Positions 24,559 through 37,100 of a stretch of 64,000 bases of DNA are shown in pieces. Position 1 is the first letter of the stretch. Every line of letters begins with the position of its first letter. Made by a program: the position numbers and the translations under genes. The notes beneath the pieces were generated by a model. It had not been told where the DNA came from and did no database searches. It saw only the letters and a list, made by a program, of their open reading frames with translations. This DNA is from Gekko japonicus (lineage: Eukaryota), in contig NW_015163109.1 of the NCBI RefSeq assembly GCF_001447785.1, positions 75,400 to 139,399 on the forward strand, written 5' to 3'.

Positions 24559-25600
24559 AGTGTAGTGTAGTGGTTAGAGAGTTGGACTAAGATCTGGAAG
24601 TCCCAGGTTTGACTCCTTTCCCTGCCATGGAAGATTTCTGGGAGACCAAGATCTGAACACGCTGGAGAAGTGGGCAGATGTGAACAAGATGCAATTTAAC
24701 AAGTGCTGAGTTCTACACCTGGGTAACAAAAATGAGGAACACACATACTGGATGGGGAGATACACTTCTGAGCAGCAGTGTGTGTGAACAAGATCTCGGG
24801 GTAAGGGTGGACTGAAAGTTAAATATGAGCAGCCAGTGTGATGTGGTAACAAAAAAGGCTAATGCAAACAGAGGCGTGACATCCAGATCACAAGATGTCA
24901 TAGTCCCGCTGTACACTGCCTTGGTCAGGCTGCACCTGGAGTATTGTGTGCAGTTCTGGAGGCCTGACTTCAAAAAGGATGTGGACAGAATGGAGCAGGT
25001 GCAGAGGAGAGCGATGAGGATGATCGGGGGCCTGGACATCAAGCCATATGAGGAAAGGCTGAGGGACTTGGGAATGTTTAGGTTAGAGAAGAGGAGGTTG
25101 AGGGGGGACATGATTGCTCTCTTTAAGCATTTGAAGGGCTGTCACATAGAGGAGGGCAGGGAGCTGTTCCTATTGACAGATGGGGATAGGACTCGCAATA
25201 ATGGGTTTAAATCAGGGGCGGGAAGATGCTGGCTGGATATTAGGAAAAACCTTTTTACAGTAAGAGTTGTGCAACAGTGGAATCAGCTGGGAGGTGGTGA
25301 GCTCCCCCTCACTGGCAGTCATTAAGCAGCGGCTGGACAAACACTTGTCAGGGATGCTCCAGACTGATCCTGCACTGAGCAGGGGGTTGGACTAGATGGC
25401 CTATATGGCCCCTTCCAACTCTGTGATTCTGTGACCCTGGGCCAGTCACACACTCTCAGTCTAACCTACTTCACAGGGTAGTTGTATAGATAAACTGGAG
25501 GAGAGGAAAATGACATTAGCTTCTTTGGGGCAGTTTTGGGACCCCATTGGGGAGAAAGGCAAGTGGGTATAAATGTAGTAAATAAATAATAAATGAAATA
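24559..25600 (+). mobile_element. tRNA-derived SINE interrupted by CR1
   Basis: Head 24559-24647 (TGTAGTGGTTAGAG..GGTTTGACTCC) resumes at 25432 (TGACCCTGGGCCAGTCAC) through to the (TAAA)n tail. Confidence 0.75.
24648..25431 (+). mobile_element. CR1 LINE 3' fragment
   Basis: LYTALVRLHLEYCVQFWRP..YEERLRDLGMF; ends CCTTCCAACTCTGTGATTCTGTG (CR1 ATTCTRTG terminus). Confidence 0.9.
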
Positions 25601-26218
25601 CATCCACTGCTACTTTAGTGCCTAGTCTGCCTATTATTTATCAGCAGTTTGTGTAACGCTTTTGCATTTGTGCAGTAATTGTTCATTTTAATCACTGTTA
25701 AGAAGTTAACATTTGTTTCTAAAATGATACATTTTCTTCTTTAGAACTAGGGATAGTTTCGTTTAGGTACTGGTCTGCTTTTTTAAAAGGGGGGGAAAAA
25801 CCCTCTGAAAAATTCCATCTGTTCAGCTGTCACAGAGAGGAACGTTTTAGCTCTGAAGAGCATTATCATATCTTAAATTGACAGCTTAATCTATCTTTTC
25901 ACCCCTCCCTCTACCACCTTGTTGGTACAATTTTGATTAACAGATGGGGGGAAAATCCTTAAACTGTCTAAAATGACATATTCCCCCCCCCTCTTTTTCT
26001 GCATCATCTCGGTGGCCCAGCAGAGTATGCATAGCTGACCAACATTCTGCTGATGGTCTGCATGTTTTCTTCTTCTTTTGTCTAAAAATAGTATAGCAGC
26101 CGAAAACGCTTATTAACCTGCTGGTAAGACTGTTAGCTCAGAGGTAGATGATCTCCCTTCTTTGAATGCCTTGGTTCTGTCTGCTTAGTTTGGTATTCTG
26201 TTTGACAAGGGCAGAATA

Positions 26219-26595
26219 TTCAGGAGGTGGTGGGTTCTCCTTTGGAGGTTTTTAAGCAGAGGCTAGATGACCATCTGACAGCAGTGTTGATTCTGTGACT
26301 CACTATGAATTTAGGCAGATCATAAGAGGGAGAGCAGGAAGGGATGAGCCAGTGCTCCGCTCTTGTGGCCCTTTCTCATATGCCCAGGGTAACCCCGATC
26401 ACTACTTTGGGGTCAGGAAGCAATTTTCCTCTAGGTCTGATTGGCTGGGGATCCTGGAGGTTTTTTTGCCTTCCTCTGGACATAGAGCAAGAGTCACTGG
26501 GGGGATTGGGGTGGGGTGGGAGTTGTAAATTTCTTGCATTGTGCAGGGGGTTGGACTAAGTGACCCTTTTGGTCCCTTTCATGTTTCTATGTTCA
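26219..26595 (+). mobile_element. CR1 3' UTR fragment
   Basis: GGAGGTTTTTAAGCAGAGGCTAGATG..GCAGGGGGTTGGACTAAGTGACCC. Confidence 0.65.
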
Positions 26596-26874
26596 GAATT
26601 TATCTTTGTAGACTTCATTGTGTTCCCAGAGAGCTAGATAACCAGACATTGTTTCCATTCTAATTTTTGTAACCAGAACCAAGCTAGTATGTTCTAGATT
26701 TTTTAAAATCTTCACCAATACACTCCCCCCCCCCAGCGTGTCCGTGTCATTGCGTGTTTCAGTGACAACACAGCAGTGGTAGGGATCAGGTCTGTAGGCA
26801 AATGATACAAGTTGCACATAGTCCAGTTTTGCATCAGAGGAGGGGGGAACACGTATAAAGCTTGAAGGGGCAAA

Positions 26875-27350
26875 AGTTATTTATTCAAAAAATGTTTATA
26901 TGCTGGCTTTCTGGAGACGAGGTGGTTCACTAAGTAAAATCAATACTACAAAATCATTAAAACAGCACCATAAAAAGTATAGTTAAAACAAGCCGGCGCA
27001 TAACATCAGCAGAAAAAAAAATTCAGCAGCCTAGAACAATATTTTTAAAACCATCTTTGGGCAGGAGGCAGACAACTAAACTAGCTGAATTTTTTTTTTT
27101 TAACCTTCAGGGTAAAAAGAAATATTTTGGCATGGCAAAGAAGTGACTACGGTAGTCTCCAAATGAGTCTCAAGGGGGAAGGCATTTCAGAGGTGAGATA
27201 CCACCACTGAGAAAGCTCAGCTCTGCAGGTTGGGGCATAGCACGTAATTGATGGCTGGACTATATGGGATGAGGTATCCTAGTGCCAAGCTCTTTAGGGC
27301 CATAAAGGTAAGATCAAGCACTATGGATTGCATCCAGAACCAGAATCTGA
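26875..27350 (-). mobile_element. L2-like LINE 3' fragment (decayed)
   Basis: AGGCATTTCAGAGGTGAGATACCACCACTGAGAAAGC and CTTTAGGGCCATAAAGGTAAGATCAAGCAC resemble reverse-complement L2 ORF2 end. Confidence 0.5.
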
Positions 27351-29009
27351 GGTATAGAACTCATACCATGTGATAAGAGGCAAAACTTTTAATCTAAAAT
27401 AGTTGAAGCAATAGTTCGGATTGGATGGCTTGCAACTATTGAAGGGCAGTCTAGTGAAACTAATGTGTGGTATGTTTCTGATGGGGAAAATTATTTAACA
27501 TAGACACAGGCTTTGGAACATGCCCATGTAATTCTGATGCTCACAGCTAGTGTATGCTGGAAAATACACTTGGGAAAAATTGGTCATAAAATGAATTTGC
27601 AAACTAGCCTCTGGAATTTTTATGGTGGAAAATGAAATGGAGGTGAAACTATAGAAATGTTGGGGAGAAATGGAACTATGTATTGTTGAGCCCTGGACTC
27701 ATTCAATAGAAATATGTAATGCGTTGTTAGAAATGACTGAAAGCTATAAAGAAATCTTGAAAATGACAGTATAATGAAAAGAAATGTGCCACACTGTTTG
27801 AAGTCTGTGGCATCATAAAGAGATATTCGTTGACGGTATTAAATAGATTCAATTTACATATTCTTAAATGATAAGGTGTTTTTTTTAATAATGTAGGGGA
27901 AAATCTAGCAAATGGGTAGAGCAGTTACTAAACAGAATTCAGTAGAGTTTTTTAACAGAGTTTGGGGGGAGAGGAATGTTAACAACATCATTCAAAGATG
28001 TTTGAGGGCTCTTAAGAGAGCAAACCTGAAGAAAAGCATTCCAGTGAAAGAAAGGAGCAATTACTTGGGAAATATCTGTGTAGTAAAAGGTCAGGGTCAA
28101 ATTAACCACTAACCTAATGATGTTGAGTAAGGCTTTTCCCTCTGCTGATAAAGAATGTGCCCTCTACGTGCTTGATAAAATAATGTCCCAAACACTGCAG
28201 AGGTGCCTGTACACTCAGTGGGTCCCAAGCAGTCTAGCACAGGTGGTGTTTGGAGTGGCATCTTTATTCTCTCACTGTAGAGCAATAAATTACACGAAGC
28301 CTGATTCATGTTTGTGTACAAATATGCATGTTTCCGGAGGGTTTCTCATGTTCCGATTTCTCTTTCTCTAGTCTACAGCATGGGCTATTTAAGTGATTTT
28401 GCAGGCAGTGAATACATCTTAACTGTTCACCAGTCTTCTCTTCAACAGCAGAGTTCTGTGCACTTTGCAAGCAACATACTTTTGGCAGTGTTCTTGCTTT
28501 GACGCATTTTGTTCATGTTCCTCAATGTACCACAAATTCCAGATTAGGATGGCTATCATATAGACGTGAACTGTAGCTGGAAGTCCAGAGCACCAGGCTG
28601 TATGCAGTCTTTGCAAAAACTGAGCAATAGAAAGCAATCTGGTCTTTGCATCGACTTTTCTTCTATTCAAATCAACAGCTAAAAGTTTCTGTATAGCATA
28701 GCGGAACTGTTATTGACAGAATGGAGAAGTGAATGCTTGTTGACGAAATGGAAATACAGGAGAGTTTCACATGTATTTCCCCATGAGGATATGCAGATGC
28801 CAGGACTCTTGGCCAAAGAGTTCGTTTTGGAATTTGGTGGTATAGGGGTTTTAGAAGAGTAGTGTGTTGATTCTGTGGAACTGTGAACTGCCAATGTGGA
28901 TTTGCATCCATCAGTGTGCTAAAGTAGAGCACTAATGCAATAGTTGTTCAGGATATTTTCAAATTTTTGTTTTTCCCCCCAGTGCTGAGTATACTTTGCT
29001 CTGCATAGA

Positions 29010-29330
29010 AACATAACACAGTAAGAGCCTGGAGGATCTGAGGTTTACTGCCTCATATGGAAATTCTCTTTACTCACTCACTCAAGCCACTGATGGACCT
29101 ATCCTCCATGCATCTGTCTAACCCAGTTTTAAAGCCTTCTATATTCATTGCGATCACTACCTCCACTAGCCAGCATATTCCACAATTTAATTACTTGTTG
29201 AGTAATGTAGTATTTATTTTTGTCTCTCCTATACCTGTTGCCCATGAGCTTCACTGGGTACTTCTCCGTCTACTGTTATGGGACAGGAAGAAAAAGCTAT
29301 CTCTCACCACTCTCTCCGCTCCATGCATAT
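29010..29330 (-). mobile_element. Old CR1 3' fragment
   Basis: GCCACTGATGGACCTATCCTCCATGCATCTGTCTAACCCAG parallels the 38980 region. Confidence 0.6.
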
Positions 29331-30189
29331 TGAAAAGGTTCTGATTTCAGTGCTGAAACTCGCTGACTCGGTAGTGTTTCCAAATTTGTTTATGCTAAGG
29401 CTATATGACTTGCTTGTTGCAATATCCTATTTCAGTGCTTAGCCAGAATCGAATGATGCATCAGGAGACAATGATTGCTCATCAGTCTGCAAGAGATGAC
29501 AAAGTGCTTCAGGGGCTCAAGTTTAGGGTGCAGCTCATATATGCTCGGATGCTTCATATGGGGGAGTATTCTTCCCATCCCTGATGTTGGATTAGAAGTA
29601 AAAGAGAACCAGGATAACTCTGAGGCCTGGCTGTATGAAGGCCAAGCCAAGTGCCTTTTCTTAATTTTGAAAAGATACATCTCATAAAGGCTTGGCGTGG
29701 CTTCAAAAATAAAAGGGGATTAAAATACATAGGTTAGAAAATTTGCATGTGAGTAGCCATGTTGGACTGCAGTAGTAGAGCAAGATTTCATGTCCAGTAG
29801 CATTCAAGACTCAAAGCTTCCTTCAACAGAAAACGATATTAATTATCAAATAATGAGCCATGTGTCAGGAGGGTGCAGAGCAGTTTTGGTAGAAATATCA
29901 ATAGTGATTTACATTATCAATACTGATTCACATTAAGGGAAAATTGAATGGTCGTGCTAGCCACTGGTTGTTTTCTGTTTCACATCTCTTTATTTTGTTG
30001 TAATTTGCTCTCTCCTGTTTTGTGGACACCTGTAAGTGCACAACTGTCACTCCCCCCCCCAAAGTAGAAGTTTATTAGTTATGCTTTTCTCTAAAGATGC
30101 ACAGGTAGATTTAAGATAAATCCACGTATACTTATTTTAAGTGATATCTAGAATGGGCTTGGGGTGAAATGGGTTAATATTAATCTATT

Positions 30190-30746
30190 GTGCCATGAAA
30201 TTAAAAGACGCCTGCTCCTTGGGAGGAAAGCGATGGTGAACCTAAACAGCATGATAAAAAGTAGAGACATCTCCCTGCCAACAAAAGTCCGCATGGTCAA
30301 AGCAATGGTATTCCCAGTAGTCATGTATGGCTGCGAGAGTTGGACTATAAGGAAGGCCGAACGCCGAAGAATAGATTCTTTTGAACTATGGTGCTAGAGA
30401 AGACTCTTGAGAGTCCCTTGGACTGCAAGAAGATCAAATCAGTCAATCCTAAAAGAAATCAACCCTGACTGTTCCCTGGAAGGCCAGATAATGAAACTGA
30501 AGCTCCAATAGTTTGGCCACCAAATGAGAAGGGAACACTCACTGGAGAAGACCCTGATGCTGGGAAAGATTGAAGGTCAAAGAAGACGGGGACGGCAAAG
30601 GATGAGATGGCTGGACAGTGTCATCGATGCAACGAACATGAAATTGAGCCAACTTCAGAGGACAGCGGAAGACAGGAGGGCCTGGCGGGAGCTGGTCCAT
30701 GGGGTCGCGAAGAGTCGGACTCGACTGTGCGACTGAACAACAACAA
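30190..30746 (+). mobile_element. BovB (RTE) LINE 3' end
   Basis: EIKRRLLLGRKAM..TKVRMVKAMVFPVVMYGCESW..; tail CTGAACAACAACAA; highly similar to the 12031 copy. Confidence 0.92.
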
Positions 30747-30956
30747 ATTGTGCTTTCTGCAACTCACCCCACCTTACCAAGTATGATGTGTGTAATGTGT
30801 GTATCTGTTTTATTTATTGTATTTATATCCCATCTTCCTCCACGGAATTTGGGACAGTGTGCAGAGGGTTCGCAGGAGGTATCCCATCCAAGCACTGACC
30901 AGCTCCAGGCCTGCAGTTTCAGCAAGACCTCTGTGTGACATGCCTTCCAACCCATG

Positions 30957-31990
30957 TGCATGTGTTGAGTGCTGTCAAGCCGCTTCTGACTTATGGTGAC
31001 CCTATGAACTGATGACCTCCAAAGTGTTCTGTCATTAAGAGCCTGCCAACTCAGTCTTGCACATTGAGGGCTGTGGCTTCCTTGATTGAATCAGTCCATC
31101 TCATGTTGTTTCTCCCTCTTTTCCTGCTTCCTTCAACTTTTCCTAACATCATCATCTTTTTCAGTGACGTCTTCTCATAATGTGGCCAAAGTCCGAGAGC
31201 CTCAGTTTGGTCATTTTAGCTTTTAGGGAGAGTTCAGGCTTGATTTGATTTAGAACCTACATTTGTCTTTGTGGTGGTCCATGGTGTCTTTTAAACTTTC
31301 CTCCAACTCCACATTTCAAAGGAATCAACTTTCTTCCTGTCAGCTTTCTGCATTGTCCAACTTTCACACCCATACATAGTAATGAGGAATACTATAGAAT
31401 GAGTTATCTTGATCTTAGTCACAGTGACACATCCTTACATTTAAGGATCTTTTCTAGTTCCTTCACAGCTGCCCTTCCAAGTGTCAGACTCCTTCTGATT
31501 TCCTGGTTGCAGTCTCCCTTTTGGTTGATGATTGAATCAATGTTTAACAATTTCAATTTCTTCATCATCAGCCTTACAGTTGTGTAATTCCCCAGTAGTC
31601 ATTACTTTTGTCTTCTTGATGTTCAGCTTTAGCACTTTCTGCTTTAACCTTCACCAGTAGTTGTTTCAAGTCTTCACTATTTTCCGCCACTAATGTGTTG
31701 CCGTCAGCATAACTCATATTGCTAATGTTCCTTTCACCAATTTTCACTCCATTTCCATCTAAATCTAATCCAGTTTTCCTCATTATGTGATCTGCATATA
31801 AATTTGAGAGACGGGGAGATAAAAGACATCCTTGTCTGACACCTTTGCCACTTGGAAGTCATTCTGTTTCTCCATATTCTGTCCTAACAGTGGTTTCTAG
31901 TCCAGAGAACTGGTTGCTCATTAAAACCATCAGATGTTGTGGTACACCCATTTCTTTTAAAACAGACCATAACTGTTCATGTTATTTCAC
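30957..31990 (-). mobile_element. Older RTE-clade LINE, 3' portion (RT to 3' end)
   Basis: Minus strand GVKIGERNISNMSYADGNTLVAENSEDLKQLL (YADD region); GVRQGCLLSP near 31820-31845. Confidence 0.8.
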
Positions 31991-32026
31991 AGGAAAAAAC
32001 TGGTATTCTTGTCTGAAATAAGTATG

Positions 32027-32236
32027 TAGAGTTGCCAGCTCTGGGTTGGGAAATTCCTGGAGATTTTGGGTGTGGAGCCTGGGGATGGAGAGGTTTGGGG
32101 ATGGGGTATACCTCAGTAGGGTACAAGGCCACAGAGTCCACCTTCCAAAGCAGCCATTTGCTCCAGGGGAACTGATCTCGCTAACCTGGAGACCAGTTGT
32201 AATTCTCCAGCTGCCACCTGGAGACTGGCAACCCTA
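32027..32236. mobile_element. MITE with TAGGGTTGCCA-type TIRs (hAT/Blackjack-like)
   Basis: TAGAGTTGCCAG ... TGGCAACCCTA; same family at 46580-48640 and 51938. Confidence 0.65.
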
Positions 32237-32253
32237 TTAGTAAAACTATTCTT

Positions 32254-32386
32254 TGTTTGTTTAAAGTTTTTATTATTTTTTGTTAATAACATAAACTTTA
32301 CATACATCAAATACTTTTTGCTTCTAAATTAATAAGGATGATTGCTAGCATTTCTAACATCTATTCCCTCCATACAGCATTAGTAA
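32254..32386 (-). mobile_element. Short L1-type 3' insertion with 18-bp TSD
   Basis: ATTAGTAAAACTATTCTT at 32236-32253 and 32387-32404; AATAAA and A-rich tail on minus; TT/AAGA target. Confidence 0.7.
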
Positions 32387-33269
32387 ATTAGTAAAACTAT
32401 TCTTAATGATGCAACTGGATTAAAGCGAAAAGGACATTCAGTTGTTGATATGAATGGATGCAAAAGGAAATTACAAAGCTGTTTGGTACATATAACAGGA
32501 ACTTGAAACATGAGAACTATGCATCAAGTTAAGCTTAAAATAGTAAAATGAGAAATGGAACGATTAAACATTGCAGTCCTGGGAGTGAACTTGAGTGGAC
32601 TCGATTAGGACATTTTCAATCAGAACACTGCAAAGTGTTTTACTCAGGAATTGACAAATAAAGAAGAAATGGAGTAGCTCTGATAGTGAGGCAAGTTGTA
32701 GCACAGGTAGTCAGGGGCGGTAATGCAAAGTCTGACCAAATACTATAAAGCAGACTTCATGGAAAGCCTATCAGCATGACCATCATTCAAGTAAAAGGTG
32801 ACAGAAATAGAATCAGAAGTCTATGTGTCAGCAAGTGGCACATAGAGACAAAGAGAGCTATTACAATAACCGGCGTAAAGAAATAGAAGTGAACGAGAGA
32901 GAAAAGGAAGAACAAGAGATCTGTTCCACAAGATCCAAGAAATCAAGGGGAAATTTAAAGCACAGTTGAGCATGCTGGAAAATCAGCATGGAAATACATT
33001 AACTGAACAGGACAAAATATAGAAAAGATAGGAATAATACACTGAGGAACTACACAGAAGAGATTAAAGGATGACAGATTCCTTCAAAGAGGAATATTTG
33101 AAGAACCATCTGCAAAATCTCCCGGAATTTCCCAACCCAGAGCTGGCAACCCTACATACAGCCTGAGCCTACGGGGAGGGCGGGACAAAAATCTAAATAA
33201 TAAATAAATAAATAAATAAATACTTAACATCTGCACCTCCTCAGTAGCAGACTAAATGCCATCTAAATG

Positions 33270-33728
33270 CCATGCATGGGAAAGAGCAGGTAGAGAAAGA
33301 GGTACTTTTCTCCCTTTCTCACAATACGAGAACTCGTGGGCACTCCATGAAATTGCTGAGCGGTCGGGTTAAAATGGATACAAGGAAGTACTTCTTCACC
33401 CAAAGAGAGATTAACACTTGGAATTCACTGCCACAAGAAGTGGTGGCAGCTACAAGCATGGACGGCTTCAAAAGGGAATTAGATAAGCATATGGAGCAGA
33501 GGTCCATCAGTGGCTATTAGCCACAAGGTATAGCTAGGGACTCTGGGGCAAGTGATGCTCTGTCATCTTGGTGCTTGGGGGGGTCAACAATGGGATGGCT
33601 TCTAATGTCCTGGCCCCACTGGTGGACCTCCTGATGGCAGTGGTATTTCTGGCCACTGTGGGATACAGAGTGTTGGACTGGATGGGCCTTTGGCCTGATC
33701 CAACATTGGCATCTCTTATGTTCTTATG
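33270..33728 (+). mobile_element. CR1 LINE 3' end
   Basis: MHGKEQVEKEVLFSLSHNTRTRGHSMKL..WNSLP; tail CTTATGTTCTTATG. Confidence 0.9.
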
Positions 33729-33830
33729 TTGACCTGGGGTTCCTGTCTTCCAGCACTATCTTTTTTGTTTTGGGTTGTCTCATCATAGCGTTTTCAAGGT
33801 ATGAGATGTCAGAAGTGTTTACCATTGCTG

Positions 33831-34126
33831 GGAGAGCAAGTTTGGTATAGTGGTTAGGAGCATGGTCTCTAATCTGGAAGAGCCAGGTTTGCTTCCCCAC
33901 TCTTCCGCATGCAGCTGCTGGTGTGACCTTGGGTCAGTCATGGCTCTCAAAGCTGTTCTATCAAGAGCAGTTTTCTCAGAGCTCTCTCAGCCCCACCTAC
34001 CTCCCAGGGTGTCTGTTGTGAGAAGAGGAAGGGAAAGGAGATAGTAAGCCGCTCTGAGACTCCTTCGGGTAGTGAAGGGCAGGATATAAATCCAATCTCT
34101 TCTTCCTCTCCTTCTCCTCCTCCTCT
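33831..34126 (+). mobile_element. Squam3-like SINE
   Basis: GAGAGCAAGTTTGGTATAGTGGTTAGGAGC head; AAGGGCAGGATATAAATCC plus CT-rich tail. Confidence 0.8.
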
Positions 34127-37100
34127 TGCACAGAACTAACTAGAGTTAGCTGAAGGATGGCCAGCACATTTTAATTTTAAGCTAAAGGTTAGAACAGAGG
34201 TGTCACACTCATTTGTTACAAGGGCCAGATCTGACATAAATGTCACTTTGTCAGGCTGGGCCACGTGTGCCATAATATGTAACACAAGGTACCAGAGATA
34301 TAAACTTTATAAAGATGATTTCAGATGCCAAATAGCAATTGCAGGCATGAATGGATTAGGTGGTGATATCAGCACTGGTGTGATATACAGAGGCGTGGAG
34401 ATATCAGCATTGGTAATGAGACAGGAAACCTAGGTCTCAATTTGGTACAGGAGGATTCAGTCCAGGAGGAAACAAAGAATAAATGGAAAAAAGTCTGAAG
34501 AAGTGAGCAGTGACTCACAAAAGCACATACCCTACCACAATTTTGTTAGTCTTTTGTTAGTCTACTGGACTGTTACTCTTTCTACTACTATTAGAAAACG
34601 CAACATTCTAAAACCCAGGAGTTGGAGTAGTACTATGTTTGTTGCAGTGTTGTTGTTGGTTGGCTGTTTGTCCAGAATTATCTTTGTGTTTTCTTGCAAG
34701 CTGGTTTCCTCTAATGTGGAGAAAAGTGGTATATAAATAACTAAATAAATCAATATTATATGTGATCCCATTGATTTTTCTTTCTTCATCATACAGCCTG
34801 CAAATACCTAATTATTAGCTTCATTGCAGGCATGACTTAAGACCTTCAACAAATTACATATTATCTGGCCTTCAGAGAAGTAGATGGGGGGGGAGGTCAA
34901 AGGTCTTATTTTCTTGCCTTGTGTTACACCAATTGTCAACCTGTGCAAATAAGTAAGCAGGTGAGTAGAAGATGCTCGTCCAACTTTTCATCCCTATGTT
35001 GCAGCTTGCCCGGTATTTGATAAGTTCCCCTTTTTGTGGCCCAGTGTGGCCAATCACAGTCCATTGCCCATACAATGCAGATGACTTCTAGGCCAGGACT
35101 TTTGAAAGCCTTGCGCTAGAATAAGGATTTACTCAGTTTGTTCATAGCCATGCAACCCCAGTCCTAACAGCCTGCTCTAAAACCCTTTTTTAAAGCACAA
35201 GTAAATTTTAAATTTTGCATTTGGTCAAAAGGGTGCCTTTTTGTATGGAAGTGAGTGCTAAGCAACTTGCAGGCAGTAGTTGTATGATCTTGTGAGTTTG
35301 GTGGTCTTTTTTGCCTTCTAAAAGGAAATAACAGAGAAGAAAGTGATCTGTGGTTTCAAGTACCGCTGATAGCTGAGCTGGAAGTGGAATAGCATCTCTG
35401 GGGGCCTTTCCTGAGTGACTTTTATAAGTAGCAAAATGGAATTAAGTAAATATGAAGAATTTGCTGTAATTCATGCTGTTGATGGGAGTTATTGCAGTGA
35501 CTGTGAGAAGAGTCTAATACTGAATCTTCTGTTGTAGTTGTCAGACCTCTCGAATAGGTGATGTTTGAGTCTTGTGGTAGTGAGCTATGAAGCATATATA
35601 AGGATGGCAGAATGGGACGTTCTTACATTTTAAAAAGTTGATCCTTTTTAGTGTAATGTACTGGTTAGAGTGTTGTATTCAATCTGGGGAAACCCCGGTT
35701 CAGATCCCGTTTTATCACAAACTCATCGGGTGATCTTGGACCAGTCATTCTCTCTTACGTTCTGCCATTCTAATTTACAAAGTTTATTTTAAATTTATTT
35801 ATTTATTTTATAGCCCACCTGTCTCCTTCAAACTTAAGGTGGATTACACAGAGTAAGTCAATGCAGTCAATAGAATGAAACATCTTGTAAGTGGTACAAT
35901 AGGACTGGGATCACAAAAAATTGAAATGAGGCCAAAAATATTAGACGTGGTATATAAAACAATGCAGAAAATGGTATTACTGAAGTAGAAAACAATGCAG
36001 TTCGAGCAGGATAATACATTCAGACAGATAGCATGAACAGTGGTATAGTCTGTTTGTTTGTTCTTTTTATTAAAGCAACTTCCCGAACCATTCCATAATA
36101 ATATAGGCTGTTATGAGAATAAAACTGAAAAAGGGGATGAATCAGTGCCCTGACTGCTTCTTAAGGAAATGGTAGGATTAAAATATACTAAATAAATCAA
36201 AAACCTCTGTGAGACTGGAGTAGGCGCCACAGGTTATTTTGCTTCCTGGTCCTTTTCTTCCTTCTCAGTTTCATTGGAAATTAGAACTGATGGACTAACA
36301 TGGAGGTTTTTGTGAGAGGATGCTTCCACCTGGATGGTACATATGCAGCTGCCCTGACTTCTGTGATGGTAGTGGCGTTTGGATCTGTTTCAGTGCCAGG
36401 ACTTGGGGTGGCTTAAGAGGTACTGGTTCATACACAAGGTGCATCTGCACATTTTTGGCCACGAACCCTGCGGTCCTGTGCACTTTCTGAAGAAGTAGAT
36501 GGTAAGATGCTCAGCATGTCGTACAGTCTGGGCAACTGCCTCCTGTGTGTCATGAGAAAAGAACTTTACGGGGAACATTTTCCAGTTGATGGTGTCAATG
36601 CTAAAAAGTCGTTTAAACCCATAGCTGCTACAGGAAGTGGTAATAACAACCAAGAAGAGAAAACAACACTTTGCATATTTTGGATTTAATATCCTTTGAG
36701 AGAGAGATTCTACTCTAAAACAATATATTTTACTTGACATAATATACCTTGTCTACTACACATTTTCTTTAAGCTATTGCAAGGAGCAACTTGAATAGAA
36801 AATTGCAATCTTTTCAGAAGCACCCAGGAGAACAATGAACAGTTAGAACTGTGAGCTGGCAGTCTCTTCTTTAGCTATTTAAATTAATTTTATATTTTCG
36901 TATTCTCTCTCCCACCAACACTTAATTAAAAATAAGATTTATATCAAAGAGAAAGAGGCAGCAGCCATTATTCCTCAGAACTCAACCTTTTCTACCCAAA
37001 TATTAAACTATTTTGACACTACTGTATTTTTTAAAATAATTTTTAACCAGAGCTAATTTCTGGATTTTAATCATTGCAAGATGCTATTAAATGAACAATG

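Larger units (their letters stand above)
31992..33110 (+). mobile_element. RTE-clade LINE 5'/endonuclease portion in opposite orientation
   Basis: Decayed APE motifs EMERLNIAVLGV..GHFQSE..VFYSG..RRNGVALIV..LHGKPISMTIIQV, then post-EN linker. Confidence 0.65.
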
